NCBI GenBank assembly: GCA_041654895.1
Contig: JBAZCR010000001.1
Location: 11,057 to 75,056 of the forward strand
Direction: 5' to 3'
DNA from: Candidatus Pacearchaeota archaeon
GTDB lineage: Archaea; Nanobdellota; Nanobdellia; Pacearchaeales; GW2011-AR1
DNA length: 64,000 nt
Part shown: positions 9,705 through 17,674 of the stretch, piece after piece
Layout of the letters: each line of letters opens with the position of its first letter
Position numbering within the stretch: the stretch's first letter is position 1
Notes under the pieces: model-generated
What the model was told of the DNA's origin: nothing
The model's input: only the letters and a program-made list of their open reading frames with translations
The model's database searches: none
Translations under genes and position numbers: made by a program

Positions 9705-10220
9705 TTATAAAATAAGGGGACAATAATGCTTATCTTGAGAAATACTCTCAAGAGTTTTTTTTCTAAAAACATAATGTGCAAGGCCATCTGCCAAATAAAC
9801 CAAATAATTATTTTGGTCTAAATAATCTTGTGAAATAATTTCTAATTGAGATTCTTCTAAATTAAACTTATCAAAAAACATGTTAGAAATAGAATCTATC
9901 TCTTTGTCTTCCTTTAAACCATCGATATATAAGGTTAACTTAGTTACATCACTAAAATCAAAAGGATAAAATAAACTATAGACTATTTGTGGGAGTAATT
10001 TGCCTGAAGGTATTTCAGATTTTAATTTTTCATGTAATAATAGATAAGAATAATCTCTTCTATAAACTTTTTTTAGAAAAGAAGAATAATTTTTTCTGTT
10101 TTTCTCAAAATGGTTTTTTTGTGTGTCCTTTTCTTTATTTGATAATATTAATGCAAAAACTTCTGGGAATCGTCCATGATTTGACTCATCTATTCCTGCA
10201 TAAAGGTTTTTCTTTTTCAT
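9705..10220 (-). CDS. DUF3800-like protein (predicted RNase H-like fold)
   Basis: N-terminal YAGIDESNHG (y.DESG motif) and C-terminal YLVYLADGLAHYV (QxADl.ag-like), characteristic of DUF3800. Start overlaps the xerA stop. Confidence 0.45.
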   Translation of the reverse strand: MKKKNLYAGIDESNHGRFPEVFALILSNKEKDTQKNHFEKNRKNYSSFLKKVYRRDYSYLLLHEKLKSEIPSGKLLPQIVYSLFYPFDFSDVTKLTLYIDGLKEDKEIDSISNMFFDKFNLEESQLEIISQDYLDQNNYLVYLADGLAHYVFRKKTLESISQDKHYCPLIL

Positions 10221-11053
10221 TACAGATTCAGAGAATCTATTGGGCTTTTTATCTTTTTCAGTTCCTGAGTTGATATATGGGTGTATATTTGAGTTGTTGA
10301 TAAATTTGAATGACCTAATAATTCTTGGATTTTCCTTATATCTACATTATTCTCTAATAAATGGGTTGCGAAAGAATGTCTAAGTGTATGACAATGAACT
10401 CTTTTGTTTATATTTGCTTTTCTTGCAGCAGTTGTAACAATTTTTTGAATATTCCTTGTTGTCAACTTTTGTTTTGGACCTGAAAATAGGTAGATATTAT
10501 TATACTTTTTTTGTTTTTCCACTTGTTCCTTTAAATCCTCCATTAAAAAAAGAGGCAAATTAAAAATTCTATCTTTATTTCCTTTTGATTGTTTTATACG
10601 TCCTACTCTTTCATTAAAATCTAAATCATCTAGCCTTAAATTAACCAACTCTGAAACTCTTAAGCCACATGCGTACATTAAAGATATGATCAATTTTGAC
10701 TTTTCGTTGTTTGTTGAATTTATTAGGAATTTTATTTCATCTTTTGTTAAGACCGTAGGCAATATTTTATTTTTCTTAGGCCTTTTAACGCCCAAAGTTG
10801 GATCTTGATTTAATAAATTTGAATAAGCATATCTTATTGCAGCTAGAAAAAGAATTATTGAGCTTGAAGATTTATCTGAATATTTTTCTGCTAAAAAAAA
10901 CTTTATGTCTTCTGTATTTATCTGATTTGGGTTCTTTTCTAAGAAATCTATTAATTCGCTATTAGCTCTTAAATAATTTCGAATAGTATAATTTGAATTT
11001 TTTGTTATTTTTAATTCTATTTCTAATTTTTTTAAAAAATCTTCTTTATTCAT
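10220..11053 (-). CDS. xerA: Tyrosine recombinase XerA (XerC/D family)
   Basis: C-terminal catalytic box HTLRHSFATHLLENNVDIRKIQELLGHSNLSTTQIYTH, with R..K..H..R..H/W..Y residues. 277 aa, as for archaeal XerA. Confidence 0.8.
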   Translation of the reverse strand: MNKEDFLKKLEIELKITKNSNYTIRNYLRANSELIDFLEKNPNQINTEDIKFFLAEKYSDKSSSSIILFLAAIRYAYSNLLNQDPTLGVKRPKKNKILPTVLTKDEIKFLINSTNNEKSKLIISLMYACGLRVSELVNLRLDDLDFNERVGRIKQSKGNKDRIFNLPLFLMEDLKEQVEKQKKYNNIYLFSGPKQKLTTRNIQKIVTTAARKANINKRVHCHTLRHSFATHLLENNVDIRKIQELLGHSNLSTTQIYTHISTQELKKIKSPIDSLNL

Positions 11054-11216
11054 AATTTCACCTATTTTACTTCATAGATTGTACGAACAAGTATTTATAT
11101 TTTTGTTTTAACATTAAAAGATATTTGTTTTTGAAAAAAAAGGTTTTTCGGTTTAACGAATAATTAAATCGAAGTATTTTAAATTTAAATTAAACTTGAA
11201 TAAAAATTTTTTGTCG

Positions 11217-11244
11217 AGGATATAAAGAAAGATTTTATATATCT
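11217..11244. promoter_or_regulatory. Candidate dif-like Xer recombination site
   Basis: 28-bp AGGATATAAAG-AAAGAT-TTTATATATCT with inverted ATATAAA arms, about 165 bp upstream of xerA. The GGATATAA...TTATAT..CTAA arrangement resembles, from memory, the Pyrococcus dif. Unverified. Confidence 0.25.
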
Positions 11245-11453
11245 AAAAGTTAAAAAGACTCACTTTTTCTAAAATAAATTATGAAAAAAAAGAAATAAAT
11301 TAAGTTTTGCTTATTTTTTAACTCTCACTTTCTAAACTATTTTTTAAGCCTTTTTTAAGGTTGTACGAACTAATTAAACAGAAGTTTTAGAGATTTTTGG
11401 AAAAGCTAAAATAGAAAAGGAAATATCTTTTTTAAGTAAAAACACTAATCAGC

Positions 11454-11924
11454 TTAAATAAGCTCCTTAGAGATACTTTTTTCATAAAAGGGTGTTTTAT
11501 ACCCTAATTCTTGTAATCTTTGATATAATTCAAATCTAAAACGAGAATTATTGATCATTCTATGGTGATTTGGGCATAAGCCGACTAAATTTCCAAAAGA
11601 GTTATTTTTTTTATTTTTGTCTAGATGATAAATATCAACAATTTTATCAAATCCACAAATTACGCAAGATTTTGTTATTTTTCTGAAAGTCTTTAAATCA
11701 ATATTATTTGACTTTCTTTGTTGATAGGCTCTTAGTTTTTCACTTTGGTAAACATAGTTATAACAGGAGGCACATAAACCTTTTGCATGAATGGCTTTTT
11801 TCTGTTTGCATCTTCCACAAATTTTAAATTTTGGCGACCAATTTAGTTTTTTATAACAAGAATAACAAAGACCTTTCGCATGGTGCTCCTTTTCTTCATG
11901 ACAATTAATACATTTTTTAATCAT
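11454..11924 (-). CDS. HNH endonuclease with N-terminal Cys4 zinc fingers
   Basis: HNH motif VDIYHLDKNKKNNSFGNLVGLCPNHHRMIN, and two N-terminal CxxC...CxxC pairs. Confidence 0.6.
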   Translation of the reverse strand: MIKKCINCHEEKEHHAKGLCYSCYKKLNWSPKFKICGRCKQKKAIHAKGLCASCYNYVYQSEKLRAYQQRKSNNIDLKTFRKITKSCVICGFDKIVDIYHLDKNKKNNSFGNLVGLCPNHHRMINNSRFRFELYQRLQELGYKTPFYEKSISKELI

Positions 11925-12070
11925 TTTAAAAAAAAGTCGTTCGCATATAAAAATTTATGTTAGAACGGGTAGAATAAGTTCGATTTATACTATTAGAACT
12001 TCATACAAGGTATATTATACGAACCTTGCTAAATTTCTTGTTATTTTATGGATTTTAAAATAGTTTTGAA

Positions 12071-12394
12071 TCATCTAAAAGCTAATTTTGCAAAATTTAC
12101 GAATTCCTCTAAATTTTTTAGTTTTTCTTTTTGTTTGTATATTTCCTCAGTCATTTCCAGTATATTTTGTTTGGCCAAAGAATTTACTTCTTCTTGAGAT
12201 ATGATAGAAAGATTATATTCTGTTCGACAATTAGGGCAATAAAAACCCTTATCAAGAGCATTATAATAAGAGAGAATTCTTGTTTTATCATAAGGACAAA
12301 TTAAATCTGTTATTCTTTCGATAGGATTAAAATTACTTAATGAAATTACTCTTACTTCCTTTGTTTTCCAATCTATAAACGAAAGAGATTCCAT
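12071..12394 (-). CDS. Hypothetical Zn-ribbon protein
   Basis: CPYD...CPNC pair. No family assignable. Confidence 0.3.
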   Translation of the reverse strand: MESLSFIDWKTKEVRVISLSNFNPIERITDLICPYDKTRILSYYNALDKGFYCPNCRTEYNLSIISQEEVNSLAKQNILEMTEEIYKQKEKLKNLEEFVNFAKLAFR

Positions 12395-12629
12395 ATATAA
12401 TTCATAAGATTAAAGATATTTAAAATTTTCTATATTCTTTGACAATAAAGAAATTCTAAGAAAATTTATCCTATAAGATAAAGCCTATTATTTTATCTAA
12501 TAAATAAAATTCAGGACTTAATAGATCATTTATTGCAGGGCAAGTTTGCACAAAGGTAAACAAAGTGACAATATTAATTTAAGTACAATTACTCAAAATT
12601 TTAAAATAAAAAAAAGTTTTTTTACATCC

Positions 12630-12929
12630 CTATTTATTTTTTCTTCCTAGCTTATGAGAAATAAGATAATTTAATATAAAGCAGATCGAAAATGATAAAA
12701 TAATTAAAATTAGATAAGTCATCCTTATAGAAGAAATCATTCCAAAAAATTTTATAAAGGAATTTGAAAGAAAATAATTTTCTGGATCTAAAGAACATAA
12801 AGACCATGAATAAGTTGGATTCGGAACTTTTGGAGCAAATTTACAAGGGATAAATGGAATAAAAAGGGAAAGGATTAAGAGAAACAAAGAAACTAAAGCA
12901 GAAATTGTTAAATAATTTTTTACTTCCAT
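12630..12929 (-). CDS. Small hypothetical membrane protein
   Basis: Two hydrophobic segments, 99 aa. Confidence 0.25.
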   Translation of the reverse strand: MEVKNYLTISALVSLFLLILSLFIPFIPCKFAPKVPNPTYSWSLCSLDPENYFLSNSFIKFFGMISSIRMTYLILIILSFSICFILNYLISHKLGRKNK

Positions 12930-13024
12930 AATTAGAATATAAGATACTTCTCTTTTTAATACTTTTTATAATAGTCAATAGAAAACAAACAGCCGTTTAA
13001 AACATAAACAAACAGTCAAAAAAG

Positions 13025-13555
13025 CTGTTTGGACAGCAAACAACAAACAAACAGCCAAAAATAAAAAATTAAATAAAAATATTAAAAAAGGATGTTTTAT
13101 CTTTGATGTTTATAAGAAAACAGATAACCATTAAAAAAGAAAGAAGACTAAGAATACTAAAAAAATAGAACTTAGCTGTTTGGACAGCTGTCCAAAAAAT
13201 GGAAAAACTTATAAAGATAAACAATATTATTATAATATGTTTGGTGGTAAAAAGAGAGTAGAAATTCTAAGAAAAGAAGTGATAGAATCCTTTAATAATG
13301 TTAAAAACGATTTGGCGAAAGTGGGTAAATGGATTAAAGTTATAGACGATAAAAACAATTTAAATGAAAAAAACAATAGAGAATTGAAAGAAGAATTAAA
13401 ACAAATAAGAGAAGATTTAGAAGAAGTAAAAGGTAGCATAGAATTCTTTGGACAAGGATTGTCCAAACAGCTGTCCAAACACAAACAAACAAGTATAAAC
13501 AAACAACAAACAGTGTTTCCTGTCCAAACAGCTGTCCAAACAGCTGTCCAAACAG
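13025..13555. repeat. Dispersed and tandem copies of the 12-mer CTGTCCAAACAG / CTGTTTGGACAG
   Basis: Copies at 13025-13036 (rc), 13176-13187 (rc) adjoining 13188-13196, which gives the perfect 18-bp palindrome TTTGGACAGCTGTCCAAA at 13179-13196 spanning the ATG. Further copies at 13460-13481 (x2) and 13520-13555 (x3 tandem, encoding VQTAVQTAVQT). Related AAACAAACAG(C/T)C repeats occur 3 times at 12970-13070. Confidence 0.7.
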
Positions 13556-13848
13556 TTAAAATAGAGAAATTAACAGTTATGGAAAGGGCAATTATTTTTG
13601 CATTATTAAATAGCGAAATAAAATTAAGTTATGAAGATTTGGCAGCAATGTTTGGGAAAAGTAAAAGTACTATAAGAGGCCAAATTAATAATATTAAACA
13701 AAAAAATGTCAATTTAATTGAAGAATACACAGAACCAAATGGAAAAAAGAGACTATTTTTACCAGAAAAAGTCAAAAGCGACATTACAAAAGACATTAAA
13801 GTGAAAATAAAGCGTGAAAAACCTAAAAAGGCGAAAAGTGAGAGTTAA
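13180..13848 (+). CDS. Coiled-coil / low-complexity repeat / C-terminal winged-helix protein (putative DNA-binding)
   Basis: N-terminal heptad-rich segment, central Q/T-rich repeat encoded by the 12-mer repeats, and a C-terminal wHTH-like ERAIIFALLNSEIKLSYEDLAAMFGKSKSTIRGQINNIKQ. Paralogous in architecture to 14021..14728. Confidence 0.4.
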   Translation: MDSCPKNGKTYKDKQYYYNMFGGKKRVEILRKEVIESFNNVKNDLAKVGKWIKVIDDKNNLNEKNNRELKEELKQIREDLEEVKGSIEFFGQGLSKQLSKHKQTSINKQQTVFPVQTAVQTAVQTVKIEKLTVMERAIIFALLNSEIKLSYEDLAAMFGKSKSTIRGQINNIKQKNVNLIEEYTEPNGKKRLFLPEKVKSDITKDIKVKIKREKPKKAKSES

Positions 13849-14020
13849 AAATAATAAAAAGATATAGAAAAATCATTGAAAAGTGAGGGATTAATAAAAA
13901 AATTAAATTTTAAAAAGAGGTAAAAGAGAGAACAAGAATAAATATAGAGAGAATAAAAAGATTCAGAAACTGACTAAAGAAGAAAGATGAAGATAGTTAT
14001 TCGCTTAAACGAATAGTATC

Positions 14021-14728
14021 TTATAAATCTCTAAGTTTAATTATTGTTGATAAATTTGTAATCTCTTTAAGGGTTGAAGAGATAGAAAGTATAACTTTTT
14101 TGTTATTTAGCCTTCTTTTTGTTATAGGAATTCCTTTTTTAATCAATTTATTGACATAATCTCTTATAGAAGATTCGCTTAAATTTAATTTATCTGAAAT
14201 TAATTTATAGTTTATATTTTCATATTTTTGATCCTCATATGTATATATCGTTGAAAAGACTAACATTTCCTGGGATGTTAAATTTTTGAATGTCTTTCTT
14301 ATATCCTTTTTAACATCATCTAAAGAAGAAATTATTATATGAGCCTTTTCAAAATTAGATGAAATATTTAAAAAACCACTATTTTCATTTGAATTATTGA
14401 AATTTATGCCTATATTGTCTGTTGGTTTGTCTGTTGGTTTGTTTGTTGGAACCCCTTCATTTCCTGTGGAAAAAATGAAATTTTGAGCTTTTAAGCCATT
14501 TAAGAGGAGATTTTCATTAAGATCTATTGCTGGTTTGTTGGACTTATTATATTCACCTAATAGGTAATGTGTTGGAATTGCCTTTTTTTCTATTGAATCA
14601 ATTTTATTAGAATTTAGGTTTTGATAAGATCTTATAGCGTTTAATTCATTTTTCAATAAATCTAGTTCCTTTTTTAAAAAATTTATTTCTTCTTTGATTT
14701 TAGAAAATGCCTCTTTTAACATATCCAT
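14021..14728 (-). CDS. Coiled-coil / repeat / C-terminal winged-helix protein (paralog of 13180..13848)
   Basis: N-terminal LKEAFSKIKEEINFLKKELDLLKNELNAI coiled coil, KPTDKPTD tandem repeat (DNA GGTTTGTCTGTTGGTTTGTCTGTTGGTTTGTTTGTTGG at about 14418-14455), and the C-terminal wHTH MLVFSTIYTYEDQKYENINYKLISDKLNLSESSIRDYVNKLIKKG. Confidence 0.4.
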   Translation of the reverse strand: MDMLKEAFSKIKEEINFLKKELDLLKNELNAIRSYQNLNSNKIDSIEKKAIPTHYLLGEYNKSNKPAIDLNENLLLNGLKAQNFIFSTGNEGVPTNKPTDKPTDNIGINFNNSNENSGFLNISSNFEKAHIIISSLDDVKKDIRKTFKNLTSQEMLVFSTIYTYEDQKYENINYKLISDKLNLSESSIRDYVNKLIKKGIPITKRRLNNKKVILSISSTLKEITNLSTIIKLRDL

Positions 14729-14783
14729 AAGAAAAGATAATCAAAATTATTTATATTTATGATTGTTTTTAATTATAATAATT

Positions 14784-15053
14784 TCATTGCATTTGTTTGT
14801 ATGCTTCATATGTTTTATTTGAAAGTCTCCATCTTAATCTTCTTTCATAAATTTGACCTAAAGAATTTCTATTTATTTTAACAACTAAACCCTTATTATT
14901 TAAGTCAAGAAGTAATTTCTTTATGAATTCTTCATCCCTTGCTAATTCTTTTGCTATATTACTTGTAAATACTTGTTTGGGTGAAATTAAAAACAAATAA
15001 GATAATATTTGTTCTGAAATTTTCTTTTTTTTTGACTCTGATATTCTTGGCAT
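14784..15053 (-). CDS. Small winged-helix transcriptional regulator-like protein
   Basis: 89 aa. ISEQILSYLFLISPKQVFTSNIAKELARDEEFIKKLLLDLNNKGLV is HTH/wing-like. Confidence 0.4.
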   Translation of the reverse strand: MPRISESKKKKISEQILSYLFLISPKQVFTSNIAKELARDEEFIKKLLLDLNNKGLVVKINRNSLGQIYERRLRWRLSNKTYEAYKQMQ

Positions 15054-15153
15054 AACTAGATAAATAATATTTGTTTTATATAATTTACCAATTAAGAAAA
15101 TAAATGTCTTCGACTACACAAACATTTATAAATTATTTCTATTTAAACAAGAT

Positions 15154-15408
15154 ATGGAAAAAAGACCTTTTAAAAACTTTCTTGGAAAACAAGTTGTTAC
15201 AAAAGAAGGTAAAAAACTAGGGTTAGTTAAAGATATTACTTTTGAAGCAAGAACAGGTGAATTAATCCATTTAGTTATAAAAGATTTAACTAATTATACC
15301 AGTAACTTATCTATTGAAAGAACTAAGGAAAAGGAAGCTTTAATACCTTATAATTCTGTTATTGCAATTGGAGATTTTATTGTGATTTCAGAAGAAGATT
15401 TAATTTAA
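15154..15408 (+). CDS. PRC-barrel domain protein
   Basis: FLGKQVVTKEGKKLGLVKDITFEARTGELIHLVI pattern. A paralog lies at 58146..58430. Confidence 0.5.
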   Translation: MEKRPFKNFLGKQVVTKEGKKLGLVKDITFEARTGELIHLVIKDLTNYTSNLSIERTKEKEALIPYNSVIAIGDFIVISEEDLI

Positions 15409-15438
15409 ATAAATAATAAAATTTAAAAAGATATTTGG

Positions 15439-15861
15439 GTGAATAAAAATATGATAAAATTATTAGCATCAAAAATAACAAGTATTTTGGCTCAAAGAGA
15501 TCCTACTTTTAATGGGAAAATTGAATTGAATCAAAATATTAAAATAAAAAAAATAGAGAAATTTGCCTTGGAAGGTTCAAAAAAAGATTCTCTAAAAGTA
15601 AATTATATTTATGATATTGATTATAAAAAACTTGGTAAAATAAGTATTGAAGGTATATTATATTTAGATGTTGAACAAAAAATAATGAAAGAAATTATAA
15701 AAGACTGGAAAGAAAATAAAAAAAATGAAGAAAGACAATTAGAAATTATTAATATAATTATTCAAAAAGCTTCAATTAAGGCTATAGAATTAGAGGATCA
15801 ATTAGGGCTTCCAATTCATTTTAGATTGCCTTTTTTAAAAAGAAAAAAAGAAAATGACTAA
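15439..15861 (+). CDS. Hypothetical protein
   Basis: 140-aa Lys-rich ORF with no recognisable motifs. Confidence 0.3.
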   Translation: MNKNMIKLLASKITSILAQRDPTFNGKIELNQNIKIKKIEKFALEGSKKDSLKVNYIYDIDYKKLGKISIEGILYLDVEQKIMKEIIKDWKENKKNEERQLEIINIIIQKASIKAIELEDQLGLPIHFRLPFLKRKKEND

Positions 15862-16066
15862 GAAAAAAAGAAAAGTAAATTGGATATTAACTCTTTTAAT
15901 GTCTATATTTTTTGGTGGTATTGGAGTAGATAGATTTATTTTAGGGCATATTTTTTTAGGATTACTTAAATTATTTACTTTTGGTGGTTTAGGTATTTGG
16001 TGGCTAATAGATTTGATATTAATTGCTACAAAATATAATTTTAAAAATATTATATGGGTTGATTAA
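15854..16066 (+). CDS. TM2-domain small membrane protein
   Basis: [35 protein letters not shown] matches the TM2 signature (GxxGxxRFYLG...T.GG.GIW...D). Confidence 0.5.
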   Translation: MTKKKRKVNWILTLLMSIFFGGIGVDRFILGHIFLGLLKLFTFGGLGIWWLIDLILIATKYNFKNIIWVD

Positions 16067-16085
16067 TTAATTTAATTTTAAAAAA

Positions 16086-16341
16086 TACAGTCACCCTATA
16101 ATTTCTTATGGAATTTATTTAAATAATTAATTTAAATTAATTATTTTTATATTTTTATTTATAAATATTTATATTATATAATATATATTATATTATGATT
16201 GTTTTCTAATATATACATTTAATATTAAATTATTTGTATTTTTAATTTTTTCAATTTCATGTGGAATAGAAATTAAGGGGTGACTGTATAAAATTTTTCT
16301 TCGATAAATAAAAAATGTTCTTTTTATATTTCCATAAGAAA
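16086..16341. promoter_or_regulatory. Candidate chromosomal replication origin (oriC): ORB-like inverted repeats flanking an AT-rich unwinding element
   Basis: TACAGTCACCC (16086-16096) pairs with GGGTGACTGTA (16277-16287). ATTTCTTATGGAA (16101-16113) pairs with TTCCATAAGAAAT (16329-16341). Both are perfect inverted pairs. They enclose about 160 bp that is over 90% AT (ATATTATATAATATATATTATATTATG...). The region lies directly upstream of orc1/cdc6. The TTCCA-N3-GAAAT dyad resembles the archaeal mini-ORB TTCCA-N3-GGAAA. Confidence 0.6.
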
Positions 16342-16408
16342 TGATGGTAAGGATTCTTATCTTTCAATTATATTAAACTTTATATAGTTTAAATTTATAT
16401 TTTAATTA

Positions 16409-17623
16409 ATGGCTGTTGAATTAAATAATATTTTTGAAAATGCTGTTAAAAATAGTTTATTTAAGAATAAAAGTGTTTTACAAGTAAAATATACTCCTGA
16501 AAGTATTCCTCATAGAGATGAACAGATAAAATCTATTGCAAGTATTTTAGCTTCTTGTTTAAGAAATGAAAGGCCAAGTAATTTATTTGTTTATGGTAAA
16601 ACAGGAACAGGAAAAACATTGAGCATTCAATATGTAATGAGAGAATTAACAAAAAAAGCAAAAGAAGTAGATGTTGAAGTTAGTTTTGAATATATTAATT
16701 GTAAATTGAGAAAAGTTGCAGATACAGAATATAGAATATTAGCTGCTTTAATTAAGCAATTAGGTGGTGATATTCCTGCAACAGGCCTTCCAACAGATAA
16801 AGTATGGAATAAATTTATTGAAATGGTTGATAAAAAGAAACAATTAATAGTTTTTATTTTTGATGAAATTGATCAGGCTATTAAAAAAATGAGTGATACT
16901 TTCTTATATTCTTTAACAAGATTAAATCAAGAATTAAATAATGCTCAAATATCTATTATTGGTATTAGTAATGATGTAACTTTTTTAGAAAATATAGATC
17001 CTAGAGTAAGAAGTAGTTTGGGTGAAGAAGAATTTATATTTCCCCCATATAATGCTATTCAATTGCAAGATATTTTAAATGAAAGGTGTTCTATAGCTTT
17101 TAAGGAAAAAGTAATAAAAGAAGGGGTTATTGCAAAATGTGCAGCTTATGCTGCAAGAGAACATGGCGATGCAAGACGTGCTTTAGATTTATTAAGAATT
17201 GCAGCAGAACTTTGTGAGAGAGAAGGAAAATTAGAAGTAGAGGAAAAATATATTGATTTAGCAAATCAAAAAATTGAAAAGGACAAAATTCTAGATATTG
17301 TAGAGACAATTCCAAAGCAACATCAATTAGTTTTACTATCTATTATAAATCTAAATAAAAAACAAAAAAATAAGAAAATAGAAAAATATTTCACTGGGGA
17401 TGTTTATAATTCCTATCAAGAATTATGCTTTCAAACAAAGACAGAAAGTTTAACTCAAAGAAGAATTAGTGATATATTAGCTGATATTGATATGTTGGGG
17501 ATAATTAATGCAAAAGTGATTAGTAAAGGAAGACATGGAAGAACAAGAGAAATTAAATTAAGTGTTCCAGATAATTTACTTAATAAAATAGAAAATTTAT
17601 TAAGGAATAGCTTAGGATTATAA
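16409..17623 (+). CDS. orc1: Orc1/Cdc6 replication initiator
   Basis: Walker A VYGKTGTGKT, Walker B FIFDEID, sensor motifs, C-terminal winged helix, and the typical N-terminus (...YTPESIPHRDEQI). Confidence 0.9.
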   Translation: MAVELNNIFENAVKNSLFKNKSVLQVKYTPESIPHRDEQIKSIASILASCLRNERPSNLFVYGKTGTGKTLSIQYVMRELTKKAKEVDVEVSFEYINCKLRKVADTEYRILAALIKQLGGDIPATGLPTDKVWNKFIEMVDKKKQLIVFIFDEIDQAIKKMSDTFLYSLTRLNQELNNAQISIIGISNDVTFLENIDPRVRSSLGEEEFIFPPYNAIQLQDILNERCSIAFKEKVIKEGVIAKCAAYAAREHGDARRALDLLRIAAELCEREGKLEVEEKYIDLANQKIEKDKILDIVETIPKQHQLVLLSIINLNKKQKNKKIEKYFTGDVYNSYQELCFQTKTESLTQRRISDILADIDMLGIINAKVISKGRHGRTREIKLSVPDNLLNKIENLLRNSLGL

Positions 17624-17674
17624 TATCTTATTTTTTACAACTATATATATAAATTAATTTTATTTTCTTATAAA

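Noticed and set aside
9705-10220. RNase HII call for the GIDE-containing ORF
   Set aside because: GIDESNHG superficially resembles the RNase HII GIDEAGRG motif, but the protein is too short, lacks the downstream DSK and catalytic Asp motifs, and its y.DESG N-terminus plus LADGLAHY C-terminus fit DUF3800 better.
9125-10220. Single frameshifted gene fusing 9705..10220 and 9125..9787 (a 75-nt overlap in the ORF track)
   Set aside because: The overlap is created by the track's upstream start extension. Using the internal ATG (9680-9682) just before the Zn ribbon leaves a 22-bp gap, consistent with two separate genes. The fusion possibility is kept only as a minor note.
3972-14800. Integrase-mediated insertion into the tRNA-Leu gene (classical tRNA-att prophage)
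   Set aside because: The integrase gene lies about 6 kb from the tRNA, with housekeeping genes (L18e, L13, S9, a P-type ATPase) in between. No tRNA 3'-end direct repeat was found near 9-15 kb.
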